Virus record (IMG/VR): IMGVR_UViG_3300034101_002498
Span: 1 to 25,147 of that record
Strand: one strand, 5' to 3'
Source: a virus
Lineage: Duplodnaviria > Caudoviricetes
Length of the DNA: 25,147 nt
The notes under the pieces were generated by a model, which ran no database searches, had not been told where the DNA came from, and saw only the letters and a program-made list of their open reading frames with translations. Below, one piece after another: positions 8,129-16,913 of the stretch; position 1 is the stretch's first letter; every line of letters starts with the position of its first letter. A program made the translations under genes and the position numbers.

Positions 8129-9630
8129 TAGAGTAATCCTCCGGTCTCAAATGTGATTGCTGCTGCGTAAAACTCGTACGGTCCTGTGGTGCTTTCAAAA
8201 GCAAAACTGATACTTGCGGCCCGCCCAAAGGCTGTAAGCGAATAAACATCTTCTCCCCGAATCTTGGGAGCACTCCAAAGAGCTTGATTCCAAAGTCCGG
8301 CGTTCCAGTTAAACCCACCTTCATTATTTTGAGTCGTATAAGTAAATGGGGCTTCCTTAAAATCGACATCCGTTCCAATTGAGAACGTTTCGCCTGGTGC
8401 GCTTTTTACATGTGGACGAATCATCGTAAACCGCTTTATTCGCGCTCGGTCTTTGAAATAATTATAGGCGATATGCACTTCGCTTTTTATTGGGGCTCCG
8501 TTATCGAGCGTCCCTGTTTCGGCTTTAAATACCCGCCCATTCGTCCCGCCGAAATAAATGCTATCGCCAAACGAAGCCCATACTTTTGCTTGCATTCCAG
8601 TGTATTGAGCCCATGCCCCTCGCTCAGGGTTAAGCACGAATTGTTGCGCAACATTAGAAACAGGGATATTGAAATAAACCGCCTTGCCGCCGCTGTGGTA
8701 TGCCGCGTTCCATCCCGTAGAGTTGCCGTAATCTTGAGCTGCACTTAAAAAAGCACTGTTTATGTTTGAGGTAATACTGGCGTAAGAAGAGTTGTTCCCG
8801 CCTGATAAAAGAGCTGATAGGGGGGTAATTCCAGCCTTATGAATGATAAGAAGATCGGAGCCTAATCCAAGATATGCCCTGCGCCCCGCAACTGGTTCAG
8901 GAAGAAAAAACCGTCCAGCGATAGACCAGTTGTTCGCATTTTCTGGGTCTGTTCCAGAGTATAGAAGTACTTCGCCTTCACTCGATACGATTACAAAATA
9001 ATCTTGTAATCCGACTCCCGTGTCTCGGGACCACGAGCTTACAAACTCAACTGTGCCACCGCGTTGCAATAGGTAGCTATAATCAATTCGGTGCATCTGC
9101 CCTTGGAACGCTGCCGTGTTACTATTCCAAACATAGCTGGTGTTCTTTTCAACGACAAAAAGGCGGCTTTTGTACTGGCAACCTTGTATCAAGTTTGACG
9201 GCGTAAGGTTATGCACTTGCCCGTTAAAACTAGGCTGACTCCACGTTGTCCCGTCATACATTTGGGGCGTATCGGTACCATTAAAGAACAGTATCCGGGT
9301 GCCAATTAAAACATGCTGCCAAGTGCTATTTGTGATTGCTGGACCTAACGCAACCGAGCTTGAAGATGTAACGTCGTAAAATCGAGTCCCTGCACACGCA
9401 ATTAGCTTGCTGCTGCCATTCGCTAGAGGTAACTCAACAAGCGTATTCACATCGCTGGTGTTACCAGTGATGAGGCAATGAGGCGTATATCCTCGGCGCG
9501 TCCTTACAAAACCATCATCCGGAAACGCATTAATCATTTTAATGGCGTAGGTAGGGTCCATCTGATCAAGAGGGTCGCGGGTGTTCCATCCGCCTGTTGG
9601 TGCTGATATGGTTGCGGTTGTGCTTCTCAT
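8128..9630 (-). CDS. Tail/DNA stabilisation protein (P22 gp10-like, tail tubular protein B analogue)
   Basis: 500 aa beta-rich; N-terminal APTGGWNTRDPL...MINAFP...VRTRRGY and C-terminal WNAGLWNQALW motifs; downstream of the adaptor. Confidence 0.8.
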   Translation of the reverse strand: MRSTTATISAPTGGWNTRDPLDQMDPTYAIKMINAFPDDGFVRTRRGYTPHCLITGNTSDVNTLVELPLANGSSKLIACAGTRFYDVTSSSSVALGPAITNSTWQHVLIGTRILFFNGTDTPQMYDGTTWSQPSFNGQVHNLTPSNLIQGCQYKSRLFVVEKNTSYVWNSNTAAFQGQMHRIDYSYLLQRGGTVEFVSSWSRDTGVGLQDYFVIVSSEGEVLLYSGTDPENANNWSIAGRFFLPEPVAGRRAYLGLGSDLLIIHKAGITPLSALLSGGNNSSYASITSNINSAFLSAAQDYGNSTGWNAAYHSGGKAVYFNIPVSNVAQQFVLNPERGAWAQYTGMQAKVWASFGDSIYFGGTNGRVFKAETGTLDNGAPIKSEVHIAYNYFKDRARIKRFTMIRPHVKSAPGETFSIGTDVDFKEAPFTYTTQNNEGGFNWNAGLWNQALWSAPKIRGEDVYSLTAFGRAASISFAFESTTGPYEFYAAAITFETGGLL

Positions 9631-10601
9631 TTACGCTCCCACGGTGGTACATAGACTGGGGATTCGTAAATTCTAGGTTGTTCTGTTTGCCACTTCTGAA
9701 CATTCGGGTCGTTGTACAGAATATTCGCCGCTTCTTGGTACGTTTCAGGAGTCCAGTTGATATTGACCGTTCCAGCGCGTTCTTTTACTAGATTATTCCG
9801 TAGGGCAATATCCATCATTTGTAACTTCTTTTCTTGAGGAAGAGCTAAATATTCCTTCCCAAAGTTTTCCACATTGGTGGCAAACTCAAAGATATCTTGA
9901 CTTTGTAAATCTTGGTTTTTACCGCTATTTACGAACTTATTATTTACCCACTGGCCTTTGTCGTTATAACCAACAAAGTCTTTAGGCAAAGTCTTATCTT
10001 GCGCTTTTAGCGCTGCGTCTTTGGTATCGACCCATTCGGGTTTTAAGCCAGTAAACCCGTAGTATTTTTCAAGACGGTTCCATCGCTCTTTTTCGTAGTT
10101 TTTTGGTCGGGGTGGTCGAATAGTCCCAATTACCGCTCCCACAAGAGCCCCAATCCCGCCACCTATTGCTGTTCCTTTTGGTCCAAAAAAGCTTCCAATT
10201 GAAGCACCCGTTTGAGCCCCAGAAACCGCCGAGCGGGTTGCTCCCCCCCGCTCTACAATATCTCTCGATAAATTGTATCCGCCCAACGCTGTGCCGACTA
10301 CTGGCGCGACATAGCCGCCCGCCGAACCTGCTGTTTGTGCACCCGCTTGCCCCGCTCCTTGAGTTCCAGCTTGCGTTGCGACTTGAGTTCCGCTTTGAGC
10401 AAGAGCCTCCCCTGCGCGTCTCTTTACCTCTCCAAGTACAATCTCACCGCCAATGTTTGCCGCTTCTTTCCCAATAATTTCAGCAGAAGTAGGCGTATTC
10501 GTCTGAGTAATAATCTGCGGTGCCCCTGATGGGCTAGTGGTTGCCTGTTGCCTTCTCTTTTGTTCGCGCCTAAACCACTCGGCGTAATCAATGTACGGCA
10601 T
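9627..10601 (-). CDS. Glycine-zipper-containing virion protein (possible membrane-penetrating ejection protein)
   Basis: GAQTGASIGSFFGPKGTAIGGGIGALVGAVIG (GxxxG repeats); ATGA overlap with the gp10-like gene. Confidence 0.55.
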   Translation of the reverse strand: MPYIDYAEWFRREQKRRQQATTSPSGAPQIITQTNTPTSAEIIGKEAANIGGEIVLGEVKRRAGEALAQSGTQVATQAGTQGAGQAGAQTAGSAGGYVAPVVGTALGGYNLSRDIVERGGATRSAVSGAQTGASIGSFFGPKGTAIGGGIGALVGAVIGTIRPPRPKNYEKERWNRLEKYYGFTGLKPEWVDTKDAALKAQDKTLPKDFVGYNDKGQWVNNKFVNSGKNQDLQSQDIFEFATNVENFGKEYLALPQEKKLQMMDIALRNNLVKERAGTVNINWTPETYQEAANILYNDPNVQKWQTEQPRIYESPVYVPPWERK

Positions 10602-10604
10602 CGG

Positions 10605-12626
10605 TTAGGCTCCTGAATCCCACAACCACATTGAATGATAAATCCCCATCGAGGCTTGTATAACTGGTTTTACTGGACTTAGCAGTTTTGGCAGAAAAAC
10701 ATTCGCATTGGTGCCATTTTGCAAGCCTAATTGATAATCGTTATTGTTGCCCCATCCCCATATAGAACCATCTTTCTTTATTGCTAAGGTTCCAGTTGTA
10801 CCATGGCAATCGCCTAAACTCGCCCAATCGGTTGCAGTGCCTATTTGAGTCAAGCTTGTCACAATTAAATTACCAGAAGGACCGCTAGTTCCTACACCTT
10901 GGCCCGCCCCACATTGTCCTTGTTGATTGATTCCACATCCCCACATCGTGCCATCGGACTTTATGGCAATAGTGAAATTGTTTCCTGCGTGGATATCAAC
11001 CCAAGTATTTCCAGTTCCAATTTGAGTTGGAGTTGCTCCATACGAATTACTTGTCCCTGTTAATTGGCCATAGTCTCCATTCCCCCATCCCCATAGGGTT
11101 CCATCCGTTTTTAAGGCAATAATATGGTAAATACCACTTATAGCTTTTTTCCAATTTGTTTCAGTCCCAACTTGTGTTATCGCTCCCAACCATCCGCTTA
11201 AACCTGCGGGTGGATAGCCCCAATGGTACATTGTGCCATCATCTTTTAGTGCAACTGTCCAGTTAGTTGTTGAGACACTTTTCCAATTTGTTGCAGTCCC
11301 AATTTGTGCAAAATACCAAGGAGTCGCTGTTGAAGTTCCGGCCCATAAATTATTTAAATTCCCAGCAACCCATCCGGCGCCCCAAAGAGTTCCGTTTTCT
11401 TTTATTGCATGGGCAAAATTATCACCAAACCAGGCCCAATGATTAACATGTTTCCATGTGCTGCCAGCCTCAATCGCAATAGGAGGATGTATTGGAGTTC
11501 CTTGAGCTGGCCAACTAGTGGACGAGCCATCGCCCATTGAATATTGTTGAGATCCCATCGCCCATAACGTCTTGTTTGTTTTCAACAAGAACGTGATTCG
11601 GTGCCCTGCGAAAACATTCGCCCATTCATTAACTGCGCTAAATGAGGCTGGTTGGCTAATGTATCCACCACCAGGGGCAATCTCGGTAGCGCCGTTATTG
11701 CCTAGACCAAAAGGGATTAGTGTTGTCGGCACAGTAGGCACAACCGGAGTTACAGGGGTACTACTTACACCACCGATAAACCCAACGTCTCGGCATCCGG
11801 TATCAAGAAACCCGCAGTTATAGCGGAATATATTACTAGTCCTACCACCGTTGCGTTCGGCTAAATCGTTCCTCAACCCGATGTTAAACTCGGCCTCTAG
11901 ATCTTGGTACTCAAGCCCCTTCATCCGGTAAAACCGGGCTAAAATGCCTTTCATCAGGATTGAGGGTTCAATTAAAGGCTCGTCAGTATCAGCGATAAAA
12001 CGCTCATAAAGGACGTTCGCTTTACGAGTCCAAGTGATAGTCCCATCGGCTCCATTGTTGGCGATTGTAGGGGCAGAACTGCCCGCTGTGCCGCTTGTGT
12101 TCGCAGTCCAATACTCACCATCGGAGAACACCCACATGCCCGCTGTGACGCTCATAGAGGCCTCCCATTCTCGGGGCTTTATCCATGTCTTCGAGCGGTA
12201 AAAGAGGCTGATTGTTTCATTACCCACCGGAGTAGGGTGCATCGCAACGGCTCTTGCGCCTTTGCTGTTTTGCGATACGCGAAATGCAAACTTAATCCCG
12301 GCGTTACCCGTTTGTGTAAGTGCCTGCCATTCCCGAGGCGTTATTGGGCCTCGTATCGGGGTCATATCGCCCGTGTACCATGCCGTTGAATCGAGCAATT
12401 CAGCGCAATCAGCGGGAAGCGTCTGGTTAGTTCCAGCAACAAGGGAGAGGGAAGAGAGCTTAGTAAGCTGTGGCCAATCGAACATCCGAACGGCTTCAAT
12501 GCCTCGTTCGTTGGCAATCGCTAGCAACTGTCTAGTTGTCGCGTCCGTATTGTTGATTATGGATGTCGGGCGAGGAAAGCCACCAAAATCACAGGCATCT
12601 TGGAGAACAGAGAGAAGAGTCGCCAC
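10605..12626 (-). CDS. Head-tail adaptor (tail tubular protein A / P22 gp4-like) fused to a Trp-rich insert and a C-terminal RCC1/BLIP-II-like beta-propeller
   Basis: N-terminal MATLLSVLQDAC...QLLAIANERG...DWPQL...GPITPREWQAL...FIADTDEPLIE...KGLEY resembles adaptors of this phage group; Pro/Thr linker; six [LI]K[TDSEK][DN][GK][TS][LMI][WY]xxG repeats plus a terminal MGIYHS strand. GTG start. Confidence 0.8.
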   Translation of the reverse strand: MATLLSVLQDACDFGGFPRPTSIINNTDATTRQLLAIANERGIEAVRMFDWPQLTKLSSLSLVAGTNQTLPADCAELLDSTAWYTGDMTPIRGPITPREWQALTQTGNAGIKFAFRVSQNSKGARAVAMHPTPVGNETISLFYRSKTWIKPREWEASMSVTAGMWVFSDGEYWTANTSGTAGSSAPTIANNGADGTITWTRKANVLYERFIADTDEPLIEPSILMKGILARFYRMKGLEYQDLEAEFNIGLRNDLAERNGGRTSNIFRYNCGFLDTGCRDVGFIGGVSSTPVTPVVPTVPTTLIPFGLGNNGATEIAPGGGYISQPASFSAVNEWANVFAGHRITFLLKTNKTLWAMGSQQYSMGDGSSTSWPAQGTPIHPPIAIEAGSTWKHVNHWAWFGDNFAHAIKENGTLWGAGWVAGNLNNLWAGTSTATPWYFAQIGTATNWKSVSTTNWTVALKDDGTMYHWGYPPAGLSGWLGAITQVGTETNWKKAISGIYHIIALKTDGTLWGWGNGDYGQLTGTSNSYGATPTQIGTGNTWVDIHAGNNFTIAIKSDGTMWGCGINQQGQCGAGQGVGTSGPSGNLIVTSLTQIGTATDWASLGDCHGTTGTLAIKKDGSIWGWGNNNDYQLGLQNGTNANVFLPKLLSPVKPVIQASMGIYHSMWLWDSGA

Positions 12627-12700
12627 GTTTCAAAATCCTGTAAGACTTCAAAACGGAGAGGCTCTTACAAAAAGCCGCCGTCGGTAACGCTCTTTACGGG

Positions 12701-12733
12701 TACAAAAGGGGGGTCGAGCGGTGTCCCCCCTTT
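12701..12733 (-). terminator. Intrinsic terminator-like hairpin after the 187-aa gene
   Basis: Minus strand AAAGGGGGG-ACACCGCTCGA-CCCCCCTTT-TGTA: G6/C6 stem followed by a U4 tract. Confidence 0.6.
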
Positions 12734-12765
12734 ATCTTATGTTAATTGCAGCTATTTTGCCACAA

Positions 12766-13329
12766 CTACTTTTTCCCTTTTACAAGCTCTTTCAACATAT
12801 CTTGTAGCTCTGCATTTTGCTTCTGCATCGCCGCCATCTGCTCTTTTAGGGCTTCGACTTCAGCATTCGGAGTAGGACGAGCGTTTAAGTAATCCTGAGA
12901 ACGTCGCCGCATGTTCATTGCTCCGATTCCGATAGCGGAAAGAGCGTGGTCGCCTATTTTTGACAGCTGTTCGACCGAAAACACATGGGCTCTTGTGCAC
13001 ATATCTTTTTGCACTTCGGTAAACCCAAGAACATCAAGAGGGGTGCCCAAGTCTTGACCTTCGTCAAGTTTCCATCGTCGATAGATTTCGGAGAATCTTT
13101 TAACGTCATCTGAGGTTGCAATCCTGACTATGGTATCGCCACCCGGTACTTTAATCTCGATATATTCAATCTGTACTTCAGGGTCGTACACGTCGCGGCC
13201 TTCTATACGGCTCTCCTCGCTCTTGAATTTTGGCCCCGTATAAAACCTCACCCGCAGTGCGGAGTCGTCACCGTGGCGCATCCTCTGGCCTGGAAGGGGC
13301 ATTCTATCTTCTTGTATCTGCGGAAACAT
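12766..13329 (-). CDS. Conserved phage hypothetical protein (capsid-to-adaptor interval; HhH-like SVEQL segment, C-terminal coiled coil)
   Basis: VRFY...EGRDVY...EYIEIKVPGG...KRF...GTPL...SVEQLS pattern that I recognise in this position of related phages; GAGGA RBS. Confidence 0.65.
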   Translation of the reverse strand: MFPQIQEDRMPLPGQRMRHGDDSALRVRFYTGPKFKSEESRIEGRDVYDPEVQIEYIEIKVPGGDTIVRIATSDDVKRFSEIYRRWKLDEGQDLGTPLDVLGFTEVQKDMCTRAHVFSVEQLSKIGDHALSAIGIGAMNMRRRSQDYLNARPTPNAEVEALKEQMAAMQKQNAELQDMLKELVKGKK

Positions 13330-13342
13330 AAATCCTCATTGG

Positions 13343-13368
13343 TTAATAGGGGAGAGCCGCCCCTCCCC
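13343..13368 (-). terminator. GC-rich hairpin after the cement gene (weak terminator or mRNA-stabilising stem)
   Basis: Minus strand GGGGAGGG-GCGG-CTCTCCCC followed by TATTAA; short U-tract. Confidence 0.5.
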
Positions 13369-13380
13369 GTTAGTTATGCC

Positions 13381-13884
13381 TTAGTTGCTCGCCTGATAAA
13401 CAAGCTCGCCAGGGCAGAAAATACGGATGTTAGCATCCGCCGCAGACACCGCCGCTGAATCACTGTGGAACGCATTAAGCGTCTTACCTGTGATGGCCGC
13501 ATCGTCCAGTTTCCCGTCAGTCGTGCTAAGGGATATCTGAGCGTTAGCCGCAATCGCCGCCGCTGAAGTAGCGTTGAGCAGTCCACCAGTTCCAACCCAT
13601 GCGTAGTTACCGTTTGGGATGTTATCAAACTGAGGAATACAAACAGCCCCTGCGCTTGCATCATCACCCGCAGCTTTTAACTCAAGTTCACCGCTTGAGC
13701 TATTTACTCTCAAGAAATACGCCAACCGAAGCGTGGCAGCACTTCCAAGAGCATTTTTCACAAGACGGTAAATCTTGCCATCTTTACCGATAACAACGTG
13801 ACCAGTGACAAATCCCACTGGAAGCGTTGGCGCGTTCCATTCCAATTCAACCCCACCAAGGGGCTCATATATTCCAATACCCAT
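13381..13884 (-). CDS. Capsid cement/decoration protein
   Basis: 167 aa Ala/Gly-rich beta protein directly after the major capsid gene; GKDGKIYRLVK, YAWVGTGG and STTDGKLDDA motifs; AGGAGG RBS. Confidence 0.65.
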   Translation of the reverse strand: MGIGIYEPLGGVELEWNAPTLPVGFVTGHVVIGKDGKIYRLVKNALGSAATLRLAYFLRVNSSSGELELKAAGDDASAGAVCIPQFDNIPNGNYAWVGTGGLLNATSAAAIAANAQISLSTTDGKLDDAAITGKTLNAFHSDSAAVSAADANIRIFCPGELVYQASN

Positions 13885-13902
13885 TTTATAAGCCTCCTAG
13901 CA

Positions 13903-14880
13903 TTAAGGTTTAGCGTGTCCCTGAAGGAACAAGTTGCGAGCGGTCATGTTACCAGCCCATGCAAGGTAACGGACAGTTGCATCTTGGTTGAACGAATCAC
14001 GAGCTTTCAAAGGCACGAAGTTACGCTTCGATGCAGTTTTGAAGAACAGGTGGTTCATGTTCAGGAAGTGAGTTGTGGTTGCATTCGCAATACCCTGATA
14101 CCCACCGCCGTTAACAACTGGAACGCCCATGAACTCAAGGCCAGTGCCAATCGTATCCACGGTGCCTTCACCCACTTTCATAATGCGCTGGATGGTCTGC
14201 AAGGACTCTCTGTAAAGTCTAAAATGCGTTCCACCTGCGTATACGAGGGTAGGTTTTTCAGCGTTACGGGTTAGTCCGTCGAAACAGATTCCGTAAAACT
14301 GCTGAATATTGGCATTGGTGAGGGAAGCAAACCCAAGATCGGAAGCATCAAATATCTGATTCCGCGCCCAGGTATAGGTTCCTCGATCAATTCCACCAAC
14401 CGAACCAGAAGTGTTTGCAGAAGGGTTAAGGAGTCCCAAACCACCAATCTGCTTTCCACCGTCGGCTGTCCCATCGGATTCAACGTCCGTTGCCATCGAG
14501 TTCATCATCGTGTACTCAGCAGCTTCGATCCTCTTTTCAAGGAGGTCAAATACCTGCTCAGGTCCAGTGTTCTGAACGTCGCTTTCAAGTCCGTTAATTA
14601 CAACGGCAACCGCTACCTGCTTCCAGTTAAACCGGAAAGCCGTAAACTGTTCGGTCTGAGAAGTGTTAAGAACCTCAGAACCAGCATAACGCTGATAAGA
14701 GGGGTTTTCTGCAAACAGCTGCTCTTCGAGGATGGATTCCCCACCCGAAACTAGCTTCTGGTTGTCTTTCATAAAACGAAGCAAAGGGATGTTTTTCGAT
14801 ATCCCATCTGCCATCTTTTTCGATCTCTTGTACATCGTTACGGTGAGCATTTCACCGATAGATGCGTTAGGCGTTGCCAT
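13903..14880 (-). CDS. Major capsid protein (HK97 fold)
   Basis: 325 aa; RSKKMAD...SGGESI...YAGSEVL...WKQVAVAVVINGLE...QN.G.EQVFDLLEKRI...DGTADGGKQIGGL...VGGIDR...NQDA...WAGNMT motifs; follows the scaffold. Confidence 0.9.
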   Translation of the reverse strand: MATPNASIGEMLTVTMYKRSKKMADGISKNIPLLRFMKDNQKLVSGGESILEEQLFAENPSYQRYAGSEVLNTSQTEQFTAFRFNWKQVAVAVVINGLESDVQNTGPEQVFDLLEKRIEAAEYTMMNSMATDVESDGTADGGKQIGGLGLLNPSANTSGSVGGIDRGTYTWARNQIFDASDLGFASLTNANIQQFYGICFDGLTRNAEKPTLVYAGGTHFRLYRESLQTIQRIMKVGEGTVDTIGTGLEFMGVPVVNGGGYQGIANATTTHFLNMNHLFFKTASKRNFVPLKARDSFNQDATVRYLAWAGNMTARNLFLQGHAKP

Positions 14881-14890
14881 TATTTATCCC

Positions 14891-15862
14891 TTAAAAATAT
14901 CCAGTTTCTTTTGCCGCCTGCATTAAGGCTTCGCGGATATTGGCAGGTTCCTTCGTCCTAGTAGGCGCACCGCTAATGCCACTAACTCCGCTAGCTGCTC
15001 GCCTTACAGATTGTGGTACTGGCTGTGGCTTTCTTAATGAAGCAAAAGAAGGGTGGCGCAGTGCAGCTCCGTAGGCCGTTTCAAGTTGTTCCTCAAACGA
15101 GAGGTAGGGATAGCTTTGCTGAATTTCGGGAATAATCTGGGCCATTGCTTGCCGGACCTCGGCAAAATGCGGCTTTGCAGCCCCCCAGTTATTTACGTAG
15201 TCAGTTAGTTGCCCTAACTCAATTTGCCTCTGCTGTTCTGCAATACCTTGTCTTTGCGCTTCAATTTGACTCTGCTGGTCCCTTAACTGCCATCGCGCTT
15301 GCCTTACTTCAGGCGGTTCGTTCAGCTCTGGGTCGCTTGCAAGGTCGTGCAGGGAGATACGATTCATATCGGCAAAACGCTTGATAAACCCCGAAGGGTC
15401 TTTCATCATTTCGCCCCGTTCAGCCAAAAGACGTTCAACGATCTGGCCTCTGGATACGTTATGTTTTTGTAACTCTGCGTCATACGGTTTAAGAGCCTTA
15501 TCAACATCCTCAAAGGTCTTCCGCATGTTTGCAAACTGCCCTCCGATCTTGCTGATATATGAGTGCATTTGGGCTTCGCGCTGATTGATGTACTTTCGCA
15601 CATCCTTCGGCACGCTTGCCCAACGCTGGCGCATCTCAGCAACCCACTGTTCAGGCTCAGGGATGTCCTCTTCCGTTTCACCTAAGACTGGCTCCTCTTC
15701 AGGAGTTTCTTCGGCTTCTTCTTCAAAGGTGGCTTCCTCGTCGTCGCCTGCTTCATCGGTCTGTGGTAAATCTGGTTCTTCGGCCTCCTCAACTTCTGAG
15801 CCTTCGTTAAGCTCGTTGAGATCCTCAGCCGCTTCCATTAAATCATTTCGCACGTCGCTCAT
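14891..15862 (-). CDS. Capsid scaffolding protein
   Basis: Highly acidic N-terminus, PEQW...WASVPKDVRKYINQRE motif, Gln-rich coiled coil; immediately upstream of the major capsid gene. Confidence 0.8.
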   Translation of the reverse strand: MSDVRNDLMEAAEDLNELNEGSEVEEAEEPDLPQTDEAGDDEEATFEEEAEETPEEEPVLGETEEDIPEPEQWVAEMRQRWASVPKDVRKYINQREAQMHSYISKIGGQFANMRKTFEDVDKALKPYDAELQKHNVSRGQIVERLLAERGEMMKDPSGFIKRFADMNRISLHDLASDPELNEPPEVRQARWQLRDQQSQIEAQRQGIAEQQRQIELGQLTDYVNNWGAAKPHFAEVRQAMAQIIPEIQQSYPYLSFEEQLETAYGAALRHPSFASLRKPQPVPQSVRRAASGVSGISGAPTRTKEPANIREALMQAAKETGYF

Positions 15863-16272
15863 CGGCGTAATCCTTCGGTTATATCGTTAGGGTCGACTTC
15901 TTCGCAGTCTCTTAACTCCTGCGGAACGTTCGCGTTTATGTAGTCCTTATTGCCTTTCATCGCAGCGGTATACCAGGCTTTTATTTCTTCGATATCGTCT
16001 TTTAATCCGTCTAATTTCCTATTTTGATGTTTGCCAACCATATCCCAGGTGCGTTTATCGTCAATCTCGACGTACCCTTTTTCTTTCGTTACACGACGAA
16101 ACGCGCTCTTGCTGTCAAAGGTTTCACCAGTTGCGGGGTGCCATGTAGGGTTAATGGTATCTTGATGAACGGCAGGGGCAGAGGAGACAATCACAGTCGG
16201 AACTTTCTCGACAAGCTTTTGCGTTGCCGAATCGTATACCCACTTGCCGCGCACCCCTTGAATATCAATCAT
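15859..16272 (-). CDS. Conserved small phage protein of the portal-scaffold interval
   Basis: PAVHQDTINPTWHPATGETFDSKSAFRRVTKEKGYVEI pattern; ATGA overlaps on both sides. Confidence 0.65.
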   Translation of the reverse strand: MIDIQGVRGKWVYDSATQKLVEKVPTVIVSSAPAVHQDTINPTWHPATGETFDSKSAFRRVTKEKGYVEIDDKRTWDMVGKHQNRKLDGLKDDIEEIKAWYTAAMKGNKDYINANVPQELRDCEEVDPNDITEGLRR

Positions 16273-16730
16273 AACTCTTGCATTAAATAAGTTAAAAGAA
16301 GCTGTAATTCCTCGTATTCTTCCGCTTCCTTTCGTTTTTTCTCTTCTTGATACAGTCTAACGGCTTTTTCGTATTCCTGCTTTATATATTCTTCTAGTCG
16401 AATCTTAGCTTGATACGCTTCTGCTGCCTTATTTAGCTCATTTGCTTTTATTTGCAGCTCTAACAACTGGAAACTAATGGCGATTTGTTCTTCAGCTAAT
16501 CGCAAAGCTTCTTGTTGTTTCTCTAACGACTGGCGATCACTTTGAGCTTGTTGCGCCGCGTCTATAGCGGAAACAGTTTGCTGCAACTGCTTCTTAATCT
16601 TCTTTACAACGCGACGCGCTTTTCGTGGTTCGCCTTTTTTACGCTCCTCAATTATCCATATCTCTTGGTATATTTTCGATATGGGAGGAACTGGAGGTTC
16701 CCCAAAGTTTTGCAAAAGCGTTAAAAGCAT
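16269..16730 (-). CDS. Hypothetical coiled-coil protein
   Basis: 153 aa, MLLTLL N-terminus, charged coiled coil, EEYEELQLLL C-terminus; tightly coupled to neighbours. Confidence 0.65.
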   Translation of the reverse strand: MLLTLLQNFGEPPVPPISKIYQEIWIIEERKKGEPRKARRVVKKIKKQLQQTVSAIDAAQQAQSDRQSLEKQQEALRLAEEQIAISFQLLELQIKANELNKAAEAYQAKIRLEEYIKQEYEKAVRLYQEEKKRKEAEEYEELQLLLTYLMQEL

Positions 16731-16734
16731 TTTT

Positions 16735-16902
16735 TTAGCTCAAAAGCGATCTTAATTTCTGAAGCGTTGCCGCCGTTGTTTCGATTTCCGCTTCAATCCT
16801 AACGATCTGCTGGATATCTCCCAGCGCGGTAGCTGTGCCTAGTTGGGAGTTTAGATAACTTAATCGGTTTTCGCATAAGAATACCAATTCTTCTATATTC
16901 AT
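16735..16902 (-). CDS. 55-aa helical-hairpin protein; not in supplied ORF track
   Basis: MNIEELVFLCENRLSYLNSQLGTATALGDIQQIVRIEAEIETTAATLQKLRSLLS*; fills the gap between flanking genes; same AAGGGTAAAAA leader as the upstream 537-aa gene. Confidence 0.8.
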   Translation of the reverse strand: MNIEELVFLCENRLSYLNSQLGTATALGDIQQIVRIEAEIETTAATLQKLRSLLS

Positions 16903-16913
16903 CTTTTTACCCT

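Noticed and set aside
10605-11720. Diversity-generating retroelement target in the propeller or tail fibre
   Set aside because: No reverse transcriptase and no TR/VR repeat pair with adenine-specific mismatches seen in the window.
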